Source: an uncultured Myxococcales bacterium (GTDB lineage Bacteria > Myxococcota > UBA4151). Taken from it: a stretch of 18,168 bases of DNA. Below, one piece after another: positions 1 through 8,325 of this stretch (positions within the stretch are counted from its first letter, which is position 1; each line of letters begins with the position of its first letter). Under the pieces are notes generated by a model. It had not been told where the DNA came from, did not search any database, and saw only the letters and a program-made list of their open reading frames with translations. A program made the translations under genes and the position numbers. The stretch lies in the NCBI GenBank assembly GCA_964013405.1, contig CAXGWI010000066.1:1-18168 (forward strand), written 5' to 3'.

Positions 1-1
1 T

Positions 2-928
2 CGGCTGCGCCTCCTTGCGCAATGGGTTTTCGGGGCTGATCACAAAGGCATCGCCACGCCCAGTTCGCAAGGCGTCGACCTCAGTAAAAAAGTCGAAACT
101 CCAGGGCAACCAGCGAATCGCCGAGCTCAAAGTTCGGGCGGCGATTTGTTGGTCGGCCAAAACCATTTCTTGCTCCCCTTCCACATGGGCGACCATCGCC
201 ACCAGGGCCAGGCTTGCCGTACTCAAGGGGGAGGGCGTCGTTTCGCTCACCTCAATGCGTGAGGTGTCCGGCCAGGTATAGCCTTCTGCAAAGAGCAATC
301 CGCTGCCGGAAATTAATCGATTCCCAGCCAGGTTCGTTGGGTGGCGGTCCATCTGATAGGCCCAAGGCGTCCCGGCGGTCAGCAGCCCACGGCCGGCCTC
401 GGCCCACCGCCTTGCGCTGTTGAGATCCGGGCGACTCCAACCCAGATTGGCGCTGGCACAAAAGACATCCGCATCACCCAGCTCCGCCGGGCTTGTAACC
501 ACCTGCAGAACCCATCCTTCTTGGGCTCGGATGAAGGCTTCGAGCTGGGGCAGGCCTTCGCCTACGGCGACGACTGGGTCCGGTCGATTGGCTGCCCAGA
601 GGATTGCGTTGCGTAGAAGCCGGCCTTGACCGCTGGCTCCCGCCAAATCTGCGTTACCGAAGTAGAGGGTGTGGCTGAAGGCAGCGACTCGACCTTCCCC
701 CAAACGGGAGGCTGCAACGAAAGGCTTTCCGGACGGATCGACAACCACGGGAAAAGCCCGGTCGCCGTAAACCACCAGCTCCCCCGGGGCCGACTCGCCG
801 TGGACGATCTCCCCCACGCCAGCCGAGAGGGCGCCGTGATCTTGGCTGACGCCATCGGGCCAATCGATGGCCTGGGCGATTGAACTGAGACCAAGAATCG
901 GAATCCAAAGCAGTGTCTTTTGGTTCAC
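2..928 (-). CDS. Secreted TCAF/FAM115-like protein, probably M60-family metallopeptidase (N-terminal 309 codons; 3' end beyond left edge)
   Basis: Hand-translated; absent from the ORF track because no stop lies in the window. GTG at 928 with GGAGG (938-942, minus strand) 9 nt upstream, and no in-frame stop down to position 2. MNQKTLLWIPILGLSSIAQA|IDW is a Sec-type signal with an A-x-A site. The segments APGELVVYGDRAFPVVVDPSGKPFVAASRLGEGRVAAFSH, LLRNAILWAA and GRGLLTAGTPWAY...LAGNRLISGSGLLF match, in order, the N-terminal domain of TCAF/FAM115 proteins as I recall it. The HEXXH motif is not in the window. Confidence 0.75.
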   Translation of the reverse strand, partial: MNQKTLLWIPILGLSSIAQAIDWPDGVSQDHGALSAGVGEIVHGESAPGELVVYGDRAFPVVVDPSGKPFVAASRLGEGRVAAFSHTLYFGNADLAGASGQGRLLRNAILWAANRPDPVVAVGEGLPQLEAFIRAQEGWVLQVVTSPAELGDADVFCASANLGWSRPDLNSARRWAEAGRGLLTAGTPWAYQMDRHPTNLAGNRLISGSGLLFAEGYTWPDTSRIEVSETTPSPLSTASLALVAMVAHVEGEQEMVLADQQIAARTLSSAIRWLPWSFDFFTEVDALRTGRGDAFVISPENPLRKEAQP

Positions 929-1092
929 CGGAACGGACCTCCCCCGAACGACGGACGGATCCAAGCAGGCCCCGAGGGAACTGTCGAGGACCGGCCCCCC
1001 ATCGTGTTTGGTCTCAACCTGTTTTCCCTTGGCTTGGGAGTGTCCTCATAGCGTGGGCTTCAAGGCGCACATTTTTGCGCTCTACTTTTTGC

Positions 1093-1138
1093 CTTGCCTA
1101 CCGCTCGGTAGGCTTATACTGACCGCTCGGTAGGCAAG
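1093..1138. promoter_or_regulatory. Tandem palindromic operator pair, probable TetR autoregulatory sites overlapping a promoter
   Basis: GCCTACCG-CT-CGGTAGGC (1096-1113) is a perfect inverted repeat with 8-bp arms. A second copy, ACTGACCGCTCGGTAGGC (1118-1135), lies 22 bp downstream. TTGCCT (1094-1099) and TATACT (1115-1120) resemble -35/-10 boxes, though the spacer is only 15 bp. The sites sit immediately upstream of the TetR start. Confidence 0.75.
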
Positions 1139-1140
1139 TG

Positions 1141-1785
1141 ATGGAGAACCCTGTGGCAGCAGTTCAGCCCCGTACAGATGGCCGTCAACGCATCCTCAAG
1201 AAGGCCACCGAGCTCTTCGCTCAGGCCGGCTACGAAGGCACCAGTCTAAGCCAAATTGCGACCGCCGCTGGCATGAGAAAGCCTTCCCTCCTCTATCATT
1301 TCGATTCCAAGGAGGCGCTGCGCAAAGAGGTCCTCGCGGAGTTCTTTACCCACTGGCGTGAGCTCCTCCCCTCCGTACTCGCCCAGACTCGTGGGGGTGA
1401 GGACCGGTTCACAGTCCTCATGGAAGCCTGCGTGAACTTCCTTACCGAGGACCCGAACCGGGCCCGACTCTTTGTGCGCGAGGCCATGGATAACCCCGAG
1501 GCATTCTCGGCCGAGATGACCGAACAACTCACCCCATGGTTAGCGTTGGTCGCCCGTGCGATCGAAGAAGGGCAACGCAGCGGTGTCGTCCGCAAAGAGG
1601 TGAATGCAGAAGCCTTCATCCTGCAGATGGTTCGGCTGGCGATGACCCACTTCGCCATGACCGGTGTCATCTCGGCCTTTATGCCCACCACGGACCAGCC
1701 CACGGACCGCAGCCTCGAAGAGCTCCTGCGCATCGGCCAAGTGGCTCTCTTTAGCCCCCACGAGGAGGCAAGTAAGAATGGCTAA
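1141..1785 (+). CDS. TetR/AcrR family transcriptional regulator
   Basis: N-terminal HTH RILKKATELFAQAGYEGTSLSQIATAAGMRKPSLLYHFDSKEAL; 214 aa. Alternative GTG start at 1138. Confidence 0.95.
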   Translation: MENPVAAVQPRTDGRQRILKKATELFAQAGYEGTSLSQIATAAGMRKPSLLYHFDSKEALRKEVLAEFFTHWRELLPSVLAQTRGGEDRFTVLMEACVNFLTEDPNRARLFVREAMDNPEAFSAEMTEQLTPWLALVARAIEEGQRSGVVRKEVNAEAFILQMVRLAMTHFAMTGVISAFMPTTDQPTDRSLEELLRIGQVALFSPHEEASKNG

Positions 1786-3625
1786 CTATCTCAACGATAA
1801 CGAGGATCTCCGATTCTACGTGGACCAGGCGATCGACTGGAAAACCCTCGCTGAAAATGCCCGCCTTGGCGGCCCCGTGGACGTGGAGAGTACCGTCCAA
1901 AATTATCGAGACATCCTCGAACTGGTCGGTGAGTTTTCGGCCGATGAAGTGGCCCCCTACAGCCGAGAGGTCGATGAACAAGAGGCCGTCATCGAAAACG
2001 GAGAGGTCGTGATCCCAGCCCGGGTCGGCGAGATCTTCGAACGCATGAAGGCCTTGGAACTGCACGGTCTTTGTATTCCCGAAGAACTCGGCGGGATGAA
2101 CTGCCCCTTGATGGTCTACGCGCTCACCGGCGAGCTGCTGGCCCGCAGTGAAGTCAGCGTCATGACCCACTGGGCCTTCCATGGCGGCATGGCGATGGCG
2201 ATGCTCATCTACTCGATCGACGAAGGCAGCACGGAAATCGACCTAGAGAACCACTGCCTTCGCTCCACCCGGTGGCAGGGATATATCGAAGAGATTATCG
2301 CCGGTACCTCCTGGGGCAGCATGGATATCACCGAAGCCCACGCCGGCAGCGATATGGCCCAACTCCGAACCAAGGCAGACCGTGACGAAGACGGCAACTG
2401 GACGGTCACTGGGAGCAAGATCTTTATCTCTAGTGGGCATGGTCGCTTTCACTTCGTCGTGGCTCGCACCGACCATAGCGAGGGTGAACACAAAGGGCTC
2501 AATGGCCTCTCCCTCTTCCTGGTCCCGGCCTACACCGATCATCCCGATGGCACACGGACTCGCCATGCGACGGTGGATCGGGTCGACGAAAAGCTGGGTC
2601 ACCATGGCTCCGTTACGGTCCAGATTAGTTTCGAGAACAGTCCGGCTGAACTGGTCGGCAAAGTCGGTGATGGCTTTCGCAACATGCTGCTCATCATGAA
2701 CAATGCCCGCATCAATGTCGGCTTCGAGTCCTTGGGCTTGATGGAGGCCGCTTACCGCATGGCGAAGGCCTATGCGGCCGACCGCCCCACGATGGGCAAA
2801 GCCATCGATAAGCACGAGTTAGTCGCAGACATGCTCGATGAGATGCGCACCGATATCCAAGGTCTACGGGCGCTGGGTGTGACCGCCGCCTTCAACGAGG
2901 AGATGAGCCAGCGCCTGCAGATTCGCCTAAAAGCCATGGCCTCAGACGATCCCGGCCGGGCGGCTCTGCTCACAGAGATGGCGACCTACAAGAGCTACAG
3001 CCGGCTAACCACCCCACTCATCAAATTTCTCAGTGCCGAAAAGGCCGTCGAGTTGGCTCGTCGAAACATGCAGATCCACGGTGGCAGCGGCTACATGTGC
3101 GAATATGGTGCGGAGAAACTACTGCGCGACAGCCTGGTGCTTCCCATCTACGAAGGCACCACACAGATCCAAGCGCTCATGGCAACCAAGGACCACTTAG
3201 GGGCCATCCTGGCGGCCCCCGGCCGCTTCCTCGCTCGACTGGGCTCGTCCTGGCTCAAGGCCTGGCTCACCCCCACCCGGCGTCGCCGCAGTTTGGCCCA
3301 AATCCGCTGGCGAGCCCTCCATGCCCAGTTCGCCTTGCTGCGCAAAGTGGTCTGGGCCAAGTGGCGCAGTGGCACGAGCATGAAGCACTGGGACCCAAAG
3401 ACGGACTTCGCCCCAGCCTTGTTGCAGGCAGAGAATCTGTCCGGTCTGTTGGTGGATCGGGTGATTCTCGACATCCTTGAAGCCCAGGCCCAGCAATTCC
3501 CCGAGCGCCAAGAGTTACTGGATCGCTATCTGGAGCGGGCCGAGCCCCGGAGCCGCCATCTCCACGAGAAGGTCTGCCGAGGGAGCCGTCGCCTCTTGGA
3601 CAGCCTGGCGGAGCAGGCGGCATGA
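1778..3625 (+). CDS. Acyl-CoA dehydrogenase (long FadE-like, 615 aa)
   Basis: Motifs MDITEAHAGSD, TGSKIFISSG, EKLGHHGSVT, MNNARINVG, QIHGGSGY and IYEGTTQIQ (catalytic Glu present). True start is ATG 1778 (MANYLNDN), with GAGGAGG at 1762-1768 and an 8-bp overlap with the TetR gene. Confidence 0.95.
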   Translation: MANYLNDNEDLRFYVDQAIDWKTLAENARLGGPVDVESTVQNYRDILELVGEFSADEVAPYSREVDEQEAVIENGEVVIPARVGEIFERMKALELHGLCIPEELGGMNCPLMVYALTGELLARSEVSVMTHWAFHGGMAMAMLIYSIDEGSTEIDLENHCLRSTRWQGYIEEIIAGTSWGSMDITEAHAGSDMAQLRTKADRDEDGNWTVTGSKIFISSGHGRFHFVVARTDHSEGEHKGLNGLSLFLVPAYTDHPDGTRTRHATVDRVDEKLGHHGSVTVQISFENSPAELVGKVGDGFRNMLLIMNNARINVGFESLGLMEAAYRMAKAYAADRPTMGKAIDKHELVADMLDEMRTDIQGLRALGVTAAFNEEMSQRLQIRLKAMASDDPGRAALLTEMATYKSYSRLTTPLIKFLSAEKAVELARRNMQIHGGSGYMCEYGAEKLLRDSLVLPIYEGTTQIQALMATKDHLGAILAAPGRFLARLGSSWLKAWLTPTRRRRSLAQIRWRALHAQFALLRKVVWAKWRSGTSMKHWDPKTDFAPALLQAENLSGLLVDRVILDILEAQAQQFPERQELLDRYLERAEPRSRHLHEKVCRGSRRLLDSLAEQAA

Positions 3626-4533
3626 GCGTCTTTCACCTTCGCCACCAGGGCGCCGTCATTGGCTCCCTTCTACGGCTGCTCACCAGTCGCTACCACGGGG
3701 GCGCCCTCCCCGAGGCCCCAGGGCCCGTCTTCGAACAACGCATCGGGCCGATCCCCGAGGGGCTTGTGGAAGCCTATCAAGAGTTTTGCGGCGGAGACCC
3801 CGGTTGCACAAACTTGCCGCCCCATCTGTTTCCCCAGTGGAGTTTCCCCCTGATGGTGCAGGTGCTCCGAGGCATCGATCTGCCCCTCAAAAAGGTCCTA
3901 AACCAGGGCTGTTCCATCACCGTGAATGCCCCCCTTGCCCGCCAGGAGCCCCTCAACGTCAGTTCCCAACTGACCCGGCTCGAAGCCGACGCCTACCGGG
4001 CCCGGTTGACCCAGCGGGTGGTCACCGGGCCCCGGACCCCATCCTCTTCCCCCGCCGCGGGGACCGAGCACTTGGTGGCGGAGGTGCACTCCTACTTCCC
4101 CCTCAAACGTCGACCCAAGGGGGAACGAAAGGCCTCCGGCGAGCGCCAGAGCCCCGAGGGTCTCCAGGAGATCGGCCGATTCAAGGGTCCCGCTGGGTCC
4201 GGTTTTCGATACGCCTGTCTCACCGGGGATTTAAACCCGATTCATTGGCTTCGCCCCGCCGCCAAGGCCGCGGGATTTCGTGCGCCTATTCTTCACGGCT
4301 TTGCCACCATGGCCTTGGCTTATGAATGCCTGGAGCGAGAAACGAATCAGAGTCTACAGCGGATCGACGTTCGCTTCACACACCCCTTCGTCATGCCTGG
4401 TGAGGCCCGGGTGCTGCTGAATCCAGCCGGAGCGGTCCATGTACTCGACGGCGAGGACCGACTTCTCATGGTCGGCGATGTCGCCTTCCGTCCGGCCTCA
4501 GGCGACTCGGCGGCGGCGGTAGAACAAGGCTAA
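3622..4533 (+). CDS. MaoC-like (R)-specific enoyl-CoA hydratase/dehydratase, double hot-dog type
   Basis: Hydratase-2 motif YACLTGDLNPIHW...AKAAGFRAPILHGFATM and the later VRFTHPFVMPG. ATGA overlap with the dehydrogenase stop suggests translational coupling. Confidence 0.9.
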   Translation: MSVFHLRHQGAVIGSLLRLLTSRYHGGALPEAPGPVFEQRIGPIPEGLVEAYQEFCGGDPGCTNLPPHLFPQWSFPLMVQVLRGIDLPLKKVLNQGCSITVNAPLARQEPLNVSSQLTRLEADAYRARLTQRVVTGPRTPSSSPAAGTEHLVAEVHSYFPLKRRPKGERKASGERQSPEGLQEIGRFKGPAGSGFRYACLTGDLNPIHWLRPAAKAAGFRAPILHGFATMALAYECLERETNQSLQRIDVRFTHPFVMPGEARVLLNPAGAVHVLDGEDRLLMVGDVAFRPASGDSAAAVEQG

Positions 4534-5802
4534 GGCACAGAGGGCCCAAAGGCCCAGTCCCGGGGCTGTTTCACAGCCAAGCATGGGAAACGCGGGCTCG
4601 GGCTCAAGGCGAATCGCATCGACGCAGTAGCCTAGATCAGGCTCACAACCGAGACCTTCGGGGCAGTCAGTGTCGGCCGAGCACGCCGATGTGCAGGTCC
4701 CCTCATCGCCACATAGCAGGCTGCGGCAAGGGGGCGTGTCGTCGCCGCAAAACTCGCCGAATTCGAGATCGATAAATTCGCAGACTTCGTTGTCAGGATC
4801 GCAGCGGTAGCCCTCGGGGCAGGGTGCGTCTCGGTGGCACATCCGGGTGCAGTAGCCCCTTGAGTGACAGACACCCGGCTCACAATCGGCCCGTTCCTCA
4901 CAGCGTCCGCCCACGGGCCCGTGGTAATCGGGATGAGTGGGCCAACCCAGGGCCCAGTTGGGCCGATCGATGCCCGCACGGTCTGCAGCGCTGATGGACT
5001 CATTCATGATCCAATCGGCCCACGGCTCCACCCCAGCATAGACGGGCCGACTGCAGTTGGGACCCCCGCGGGAAGCCACACCAACCACTCGACCCCATTC
5101 GTCGACGGCCGGTCCCCCCGAGTCCCCGGAGCAGACCCCCTTCTCTCCACTCCATTCCGATGGAGTCGCCGTCCAAATCGGGCAACCGCTACCCACGCAC
5201 TGAACCTCAAGGTTATCGATGCGGCGGCGGGTGCCACTGCCATTGCCAGCGCCATCGGTCGCGCCGTAGCCGATGGCATGGTAAATCTCGCCGGGCTCAA
5301 GGGGTTCATCCACGCGGGGCAGACGGGGCACCGCTTCCCGGCGATGGATTGGGTTCTCGAGCACCAAGAGGGCGATATCATTGCCGCAGACCAGCTGCCG
5401 ACTCTCGGGGACCAAAACCCGACTCGCCTTCACATAGTCCCGGGGATTTCTTCCCAAGCTCTCCGTGGTCGTTACATAGATGGACCCCGCGTTATACACG
5501 CTACCAAACCGGGTCACGGCACAGTTGATACCGCCATTACCGGCTGAATTCTCGATGGGTGCGACGCAGTGCTGGGCCGTCAACACGACGTTGGGGGTAA
5601 TGAGCGTACCGCTACAGGCCCCCGAGCCCTCGAAACCGAATCGAAAGAGGCCCACCACATTGACATCCCATGGATCGGTAAACCCGCCCCGGATCTCATG
5701 GCTGGCTTGCAGGGTGTCCGTATGAAGTTGCTCCAGCGGCTCGCTTCCGCAAGCGGCGAGGAGGGCCAGAGCGACCGTCCTGAGATGGGTCTTTAGGGAC
5801 AC
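4498..5802 (-). CDS. S1 (trypsin/chymotrypsin-fold) serine protease lipoprotein with Cys-rich repeats and MYXO-CTERM-like tail
   Basis: Catalytic triad motifs CSGTLITPNVVLTAQHC, DIALLVL and GDSGGP. Lipobox LLAAC. Cys-rich C-terminal third. Tail GCETAPGLGLWALCALALFYRRRR. GTG start with GGAGG 5 nt upstream. Confidence 0.9.
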   Translation of the reverse strand: MSLKTHLRTVALALLAACGSEPLEQLHTDTLQASHEIRGGFTDPWDVNVVGLFRFGFEGSGACSGTLITPNVVLTAQHCVAPIENSAGNGGINCAVTRFGSVYNAGSIYVTTTESLGRNPRDYVKASRVLVPESRQLVCGNDIALLVLENPIHRREAVPRLPRVDEPLEPGEIYHAIGYGATDGAGNGSGTRRRIDNLEVQCVGSGCPIWTATPSEWSGEKGVCSGDSGGPAVDEWGRVVGVASRGGPNCSRPVYAGVEPWADWIMNESISAADRAGIDRPNWALGWPTHPDYHGPVGGRCEERADCEPGVCHSRGYCTRMCHRDAPCPEGYRCDPDNEVCEFIDLEFGEFCGDDTPPCRSLLCGDEGTCTSACSADTDCPEGLGCEPDLGYCVDAIRLEPEPAFPMLGCETAPGLGLWALCALALFYRRRRVA

Positions 5803-5894
5803 GTCATCCTCCGAGGTTGCAGGACCCTAGCCGCTCGGCCACCGGGCTGCAAAGGCCCAGCCTCCGCGGAATGACCGATGGTCACGGGAGCACC

Positions 5895-7292
5895 TTAAAA
5901 ATCGAAGGTGTATTCCACGTTAAACAGCGTCTCATCTTCCGACTCGTAAAGCCCGCTTGTCTCATTGAGGACCCACTGACGGCTCCACCGGGCGACGGCA
6001 TAAATATCCGCGATAATTTGGTAGCGCCCTTCGACAGCAGCCATCGATTTCTCATCGAGGGTTAAGATGTCGTCGAGCCCTTCGACCCCACGGCGCTGAT
6101 AGTAGGCCTTGAACTTGAAGGTCTCCAAAGCCGGCACCTTCAGAAAGGCGCTCAGGTTCGGTTCAGAGCCCTGGTAGTCCTCATAGATCGCACCGATTTG
6201 GGCCAAGCCGATAAAGTCGAAGGCCAGATCACCGTAGACACCGTTACTGCCGAGCCCCCCTTCACCATCCCGAAAGAGTTGCAGCTTGGGCTTGCCCGTC
6301 AGGCCCATCTGATAGCGCTCCAGCTCATAGAACGTTGAGAAATACTGGGGCGCATAGCCGCCACCGGGAAACCATCGGTATTCCAACCGAACCGGCAGCT
6401 TCAAATCCAAGCCGATGGGAAGTTTGGCCAAGGCCTTCACGCCGAGATGAACCCCACCCCCCACATCCTTGATGGAATTGACGTCGATGTAGGGCATCAG
6501 GTCGAGGAGCGGATTCTGCAGGACTCGGGCTTCCACATCGACACCGAGCACCTTGGCGTTCGCTGTCTTTGACGGCACAAACCGGCCGTCGACCACCCGG
6601 TTCACGCCATTCTCCATCTCCAGGCTCAAGGGCGCATTGAAATCCATGATGGCACTGAAGCCGATGGCAAACATGTCGTAGAGATGTTTCTTCTCATAGA
6701 AGAACGCGCTGGGGCGAACGTAGCCTCGAAAGCCCACCAACTGGCTGTTGGGGTTGTCACCGAGGACGGTGCCAATATCGCTGACCATGACCTCAAAACC
6801 GCCCTTGCGGACGTTCATCGCGACGTGGGCACCGGCCCGGAACGTGTCGATGTCGACATTGTTGATGTAGTTGCCGAGGATCGTGCCGTGGCCGATCTCC
6901 GCACTCAACTCACCGCCGGAGATATAGAGCTTCGAGGTCTTGCGCCCCAAGCGAACCTTGCGGATGGCCTTTAAGAACTCGGCGGGCTCGTCCCAATCCT
7001 CTTCGCGGACCAGGCCGAAATGGTCACCAGTCGCCTTTGGCTCGGCATCCCAGATCCGCAGATTCAAGGGGATCTGCAGGCCGACCCCCACGCCGCCCAG
7101 GCTAAAATCGATGCGTGGTGAGACCTGAACGAAGTAGTCCCCGTCACCGAAATTGGTCAGTCCCAATCCGACCCCGCCACTGGTCGTTTCCTGACCCATC
7201 AGATTGGCGAACTTCTCCTCGCCCGGAAAAGTCTCCATTGCGGTGGCCGATGACGCAGCAAAGAGAACGATGAGGCTGATCCCAGAGCGCAT
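5895..7292 (-). CDS. Secreted hypothetical protein, probable outer-membrane beta-barrel (465 aa)
   Basis: Signal peptide MRSGISLIVLFAASSATA, with GGAG about 10 nt upstream of ATG 7292 (alternative start 7307). Many amphipathic Gly/aromatic strands (GVGVGLQIPL, VHLGVKAL, VRLEYRWF). C-terminus FNVEYTFDF ends in Phe, as in BAM substrates. Confidence 0.75.
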   Translation of the reverse strand: MRSGISLIVLFAASSATAMETFPGEEKFANLMGQETTSGGVGLGLTNFGDGDYFVQVSPRIDFSLGGVGVGLQIPLNLRIWDAEPKATGDHFGLVREEDWDEPAEFLKAIRKVRLGRKTSKLYISGGELSAEIGHGTILGNYINNVDIDTFRAGAHVAMNVRKGGFEVMVSDIGTVLGDNPNSQLVGFRGYVRPSAFFYEKKHLYDMFAIGFSAIMDFNAPLSLEMENGVNRVVDGRFVPSKTANAKVLGVDVEARVLQNPLLDLMPYIDVNSIKDVGGGVHLGVKALAKLPIGLDLKLPVRLEYRWFPGGGYAPQYFSTFYELERYQMGLTGKPKLQLFRDGEGGLGSNGVYGDLAFDFIGLAQIGAIYEDYQGSEPNLSAFLKVPALETFKFKAYYQRRGVEGLDDILTLDEKSMAAVEGRYQIIADIYAVARWSRQWVLNETSGLYESEDETLFNVEYTFDF

Positions 7293-7458
7293 AGGCAGAA
7301 TCTCCATATGGGAAGGCTATCGGAAGCACGGCGTGCCGGCAACGGTGTCAGAGGGACCCTCGACGAGAAGGGGCGAACGATGAATGGACGCATCCAAACC
7401 CGACCGTCTTCATTCTGCCGTGGATCCCACTGAACTTGCGCCCCCTTTGAAGTAGGGC

Positions 7459-8283
7459 TTAGCGCCGGGCAGCTCGCTCGATATCTCGGGCGTATGGGCG
7501 AAAGCGCTTTAGCCCTAACGCAGGCTGCAGATAACTGGCGGCCGCACAGTATTTCGACAGGCGATAGGGCCGAATCCCGTGCTGGCGCAGGGCCAGCATC
7601 AAGGGGCTTCGAGCCCGGAAGCGGGGCTGCTTCACTTCGCAGACGACCAAGCGATCGGGCAGTTGTTGGAATCGCCCACCACCCTGAAAACGAAGCCAAA
7701 CATCGAAGGTGACACGCTCCTCCTCCTCTTTGCCCACCAGGGTGAGGCGGCAGAAGTCCACTCGCAGGGCCGGCTGGAGGGCGTCAAAATCCAAGGGGCT
7801 GTTCGCCTCGATGAAGGCCCGATGCTCATGACCGAAGGCTTCCTGCCCAAAAGGGAGCTCGTGCCGTACCTTGACCGTCAGATCAGCCCGGGTCTTGCAC
7901 TTGATCTCTAACGAGGACATCCGCCGATCGAGATGGTGCCGGATCCGAACCTTATAGCGATCTCGGCGCCCCCGGTGATGATCATGCAAACAGCGATGGT
8001 CCTGCGTATCAAAATACAAGTTACCGTAATTGGCGAGGGCCAGGCCATTGGCTCGGACCAAGGCAAAGTCCTCGATCCGCGTCGCCAGGATCTCCCGCAG
8101 TGATTCCAGGCCAAAAATAAACTTCGTATCTGCCCGTCGCTGCAAACGACGCTGGGCCAGCAAATCGCTCTGGGCCTCAGGAAAACCAAGCCGATCGAGG
8201 TGTTCAGCCAACCAAATAACGGCAGTGGGCTTGCCAGCGTCCAGATTTGCCGTCACATTTTCCCCAGCTAGGCTAAGTACCAT
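7459..8283 (-). CDS. VTC-domain (polyphosphate polymerase domain, TTM/CYTH fold) protein, 274 aa
   Basis: Motifs LQRRADTKF, YFDT, HHRGRRDRYKVRIR, LEIKCK, ERVTFD, EVK and LSKYC, typical of bacterial VTC proteins. ATG 8283 with GAGG 9 nt upstream. The ORF-track extension to 8775 is antisense to the CotH gene. Confidence 0.88.
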   Translation of the reverse strand: MVLSLAGENVTANLDAGKPTAVIWLAEHLDRLGFPEAQSDLLAQRRLQRRADTKFIFGLESLREILATRIEDFALVRANGLALANYGNLYFDTQDHRCLHDHHRGRRDRYKVRIRHHLDRRMSSLEIKCKTRADLTVKVRHELPFGQEAFGHEHRAFIEANSPLDFDALQPALRVDFCRLTLVGKEEEERVTFDVWLRFQGGGRFQQLPDRLVVCEVKQPRFRARSPLMLALRQHGIRPYRLSKYCAAASYLQPALGLKRFRPYARDIERAARR

Positions 8284-8325
8284 GGTGGCGTCCTCAAGCG
8301 GGCAGAAGCGCTTCAGAAAGGGTTT

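Noticed and set aside
15..908. Short ORFs listed in the first 900 bp
   Set aside because: All are shadows of the unlisted minus-strand gene at 2..928.
1064..1080. GGCGCACATTTTTGC as a sigma54 promoter (also GGCACGCCGTGC near 7330, minus strand)
   Set aside because: GG-to-GC spacing is 11 and 8 nt respectively, not the required 10.
1664..1777. Upstream start of the acyl-CoA dehydrogenase in the ORF track
   Set aside because: It lies inside the TetR gene. ATG 1778 has a strong RBS and a more plausible N-terminus.
3477..4325. 282-aa plus-strand ORF overlapping MaoC
   Set aside because: Arg/Pro-rich alternative frame with no motifs, typical of GC-rich DNA.
5830..5839. GCCGCTCGGC upstream of the protease gene as a third TetR operator
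   Set aside because: It shares only the 8-bp GC-rich core CCGCTCGG and the flanking arms do not match, so chance is likely.
4498..7292. TraA/TraB outer-membrane-exchange locus
   Set aside because: The MYXO-CTERM protein is a serine protease, the barrel lacks an OmpA-like C-terminal domain, and the gene order is reversed.
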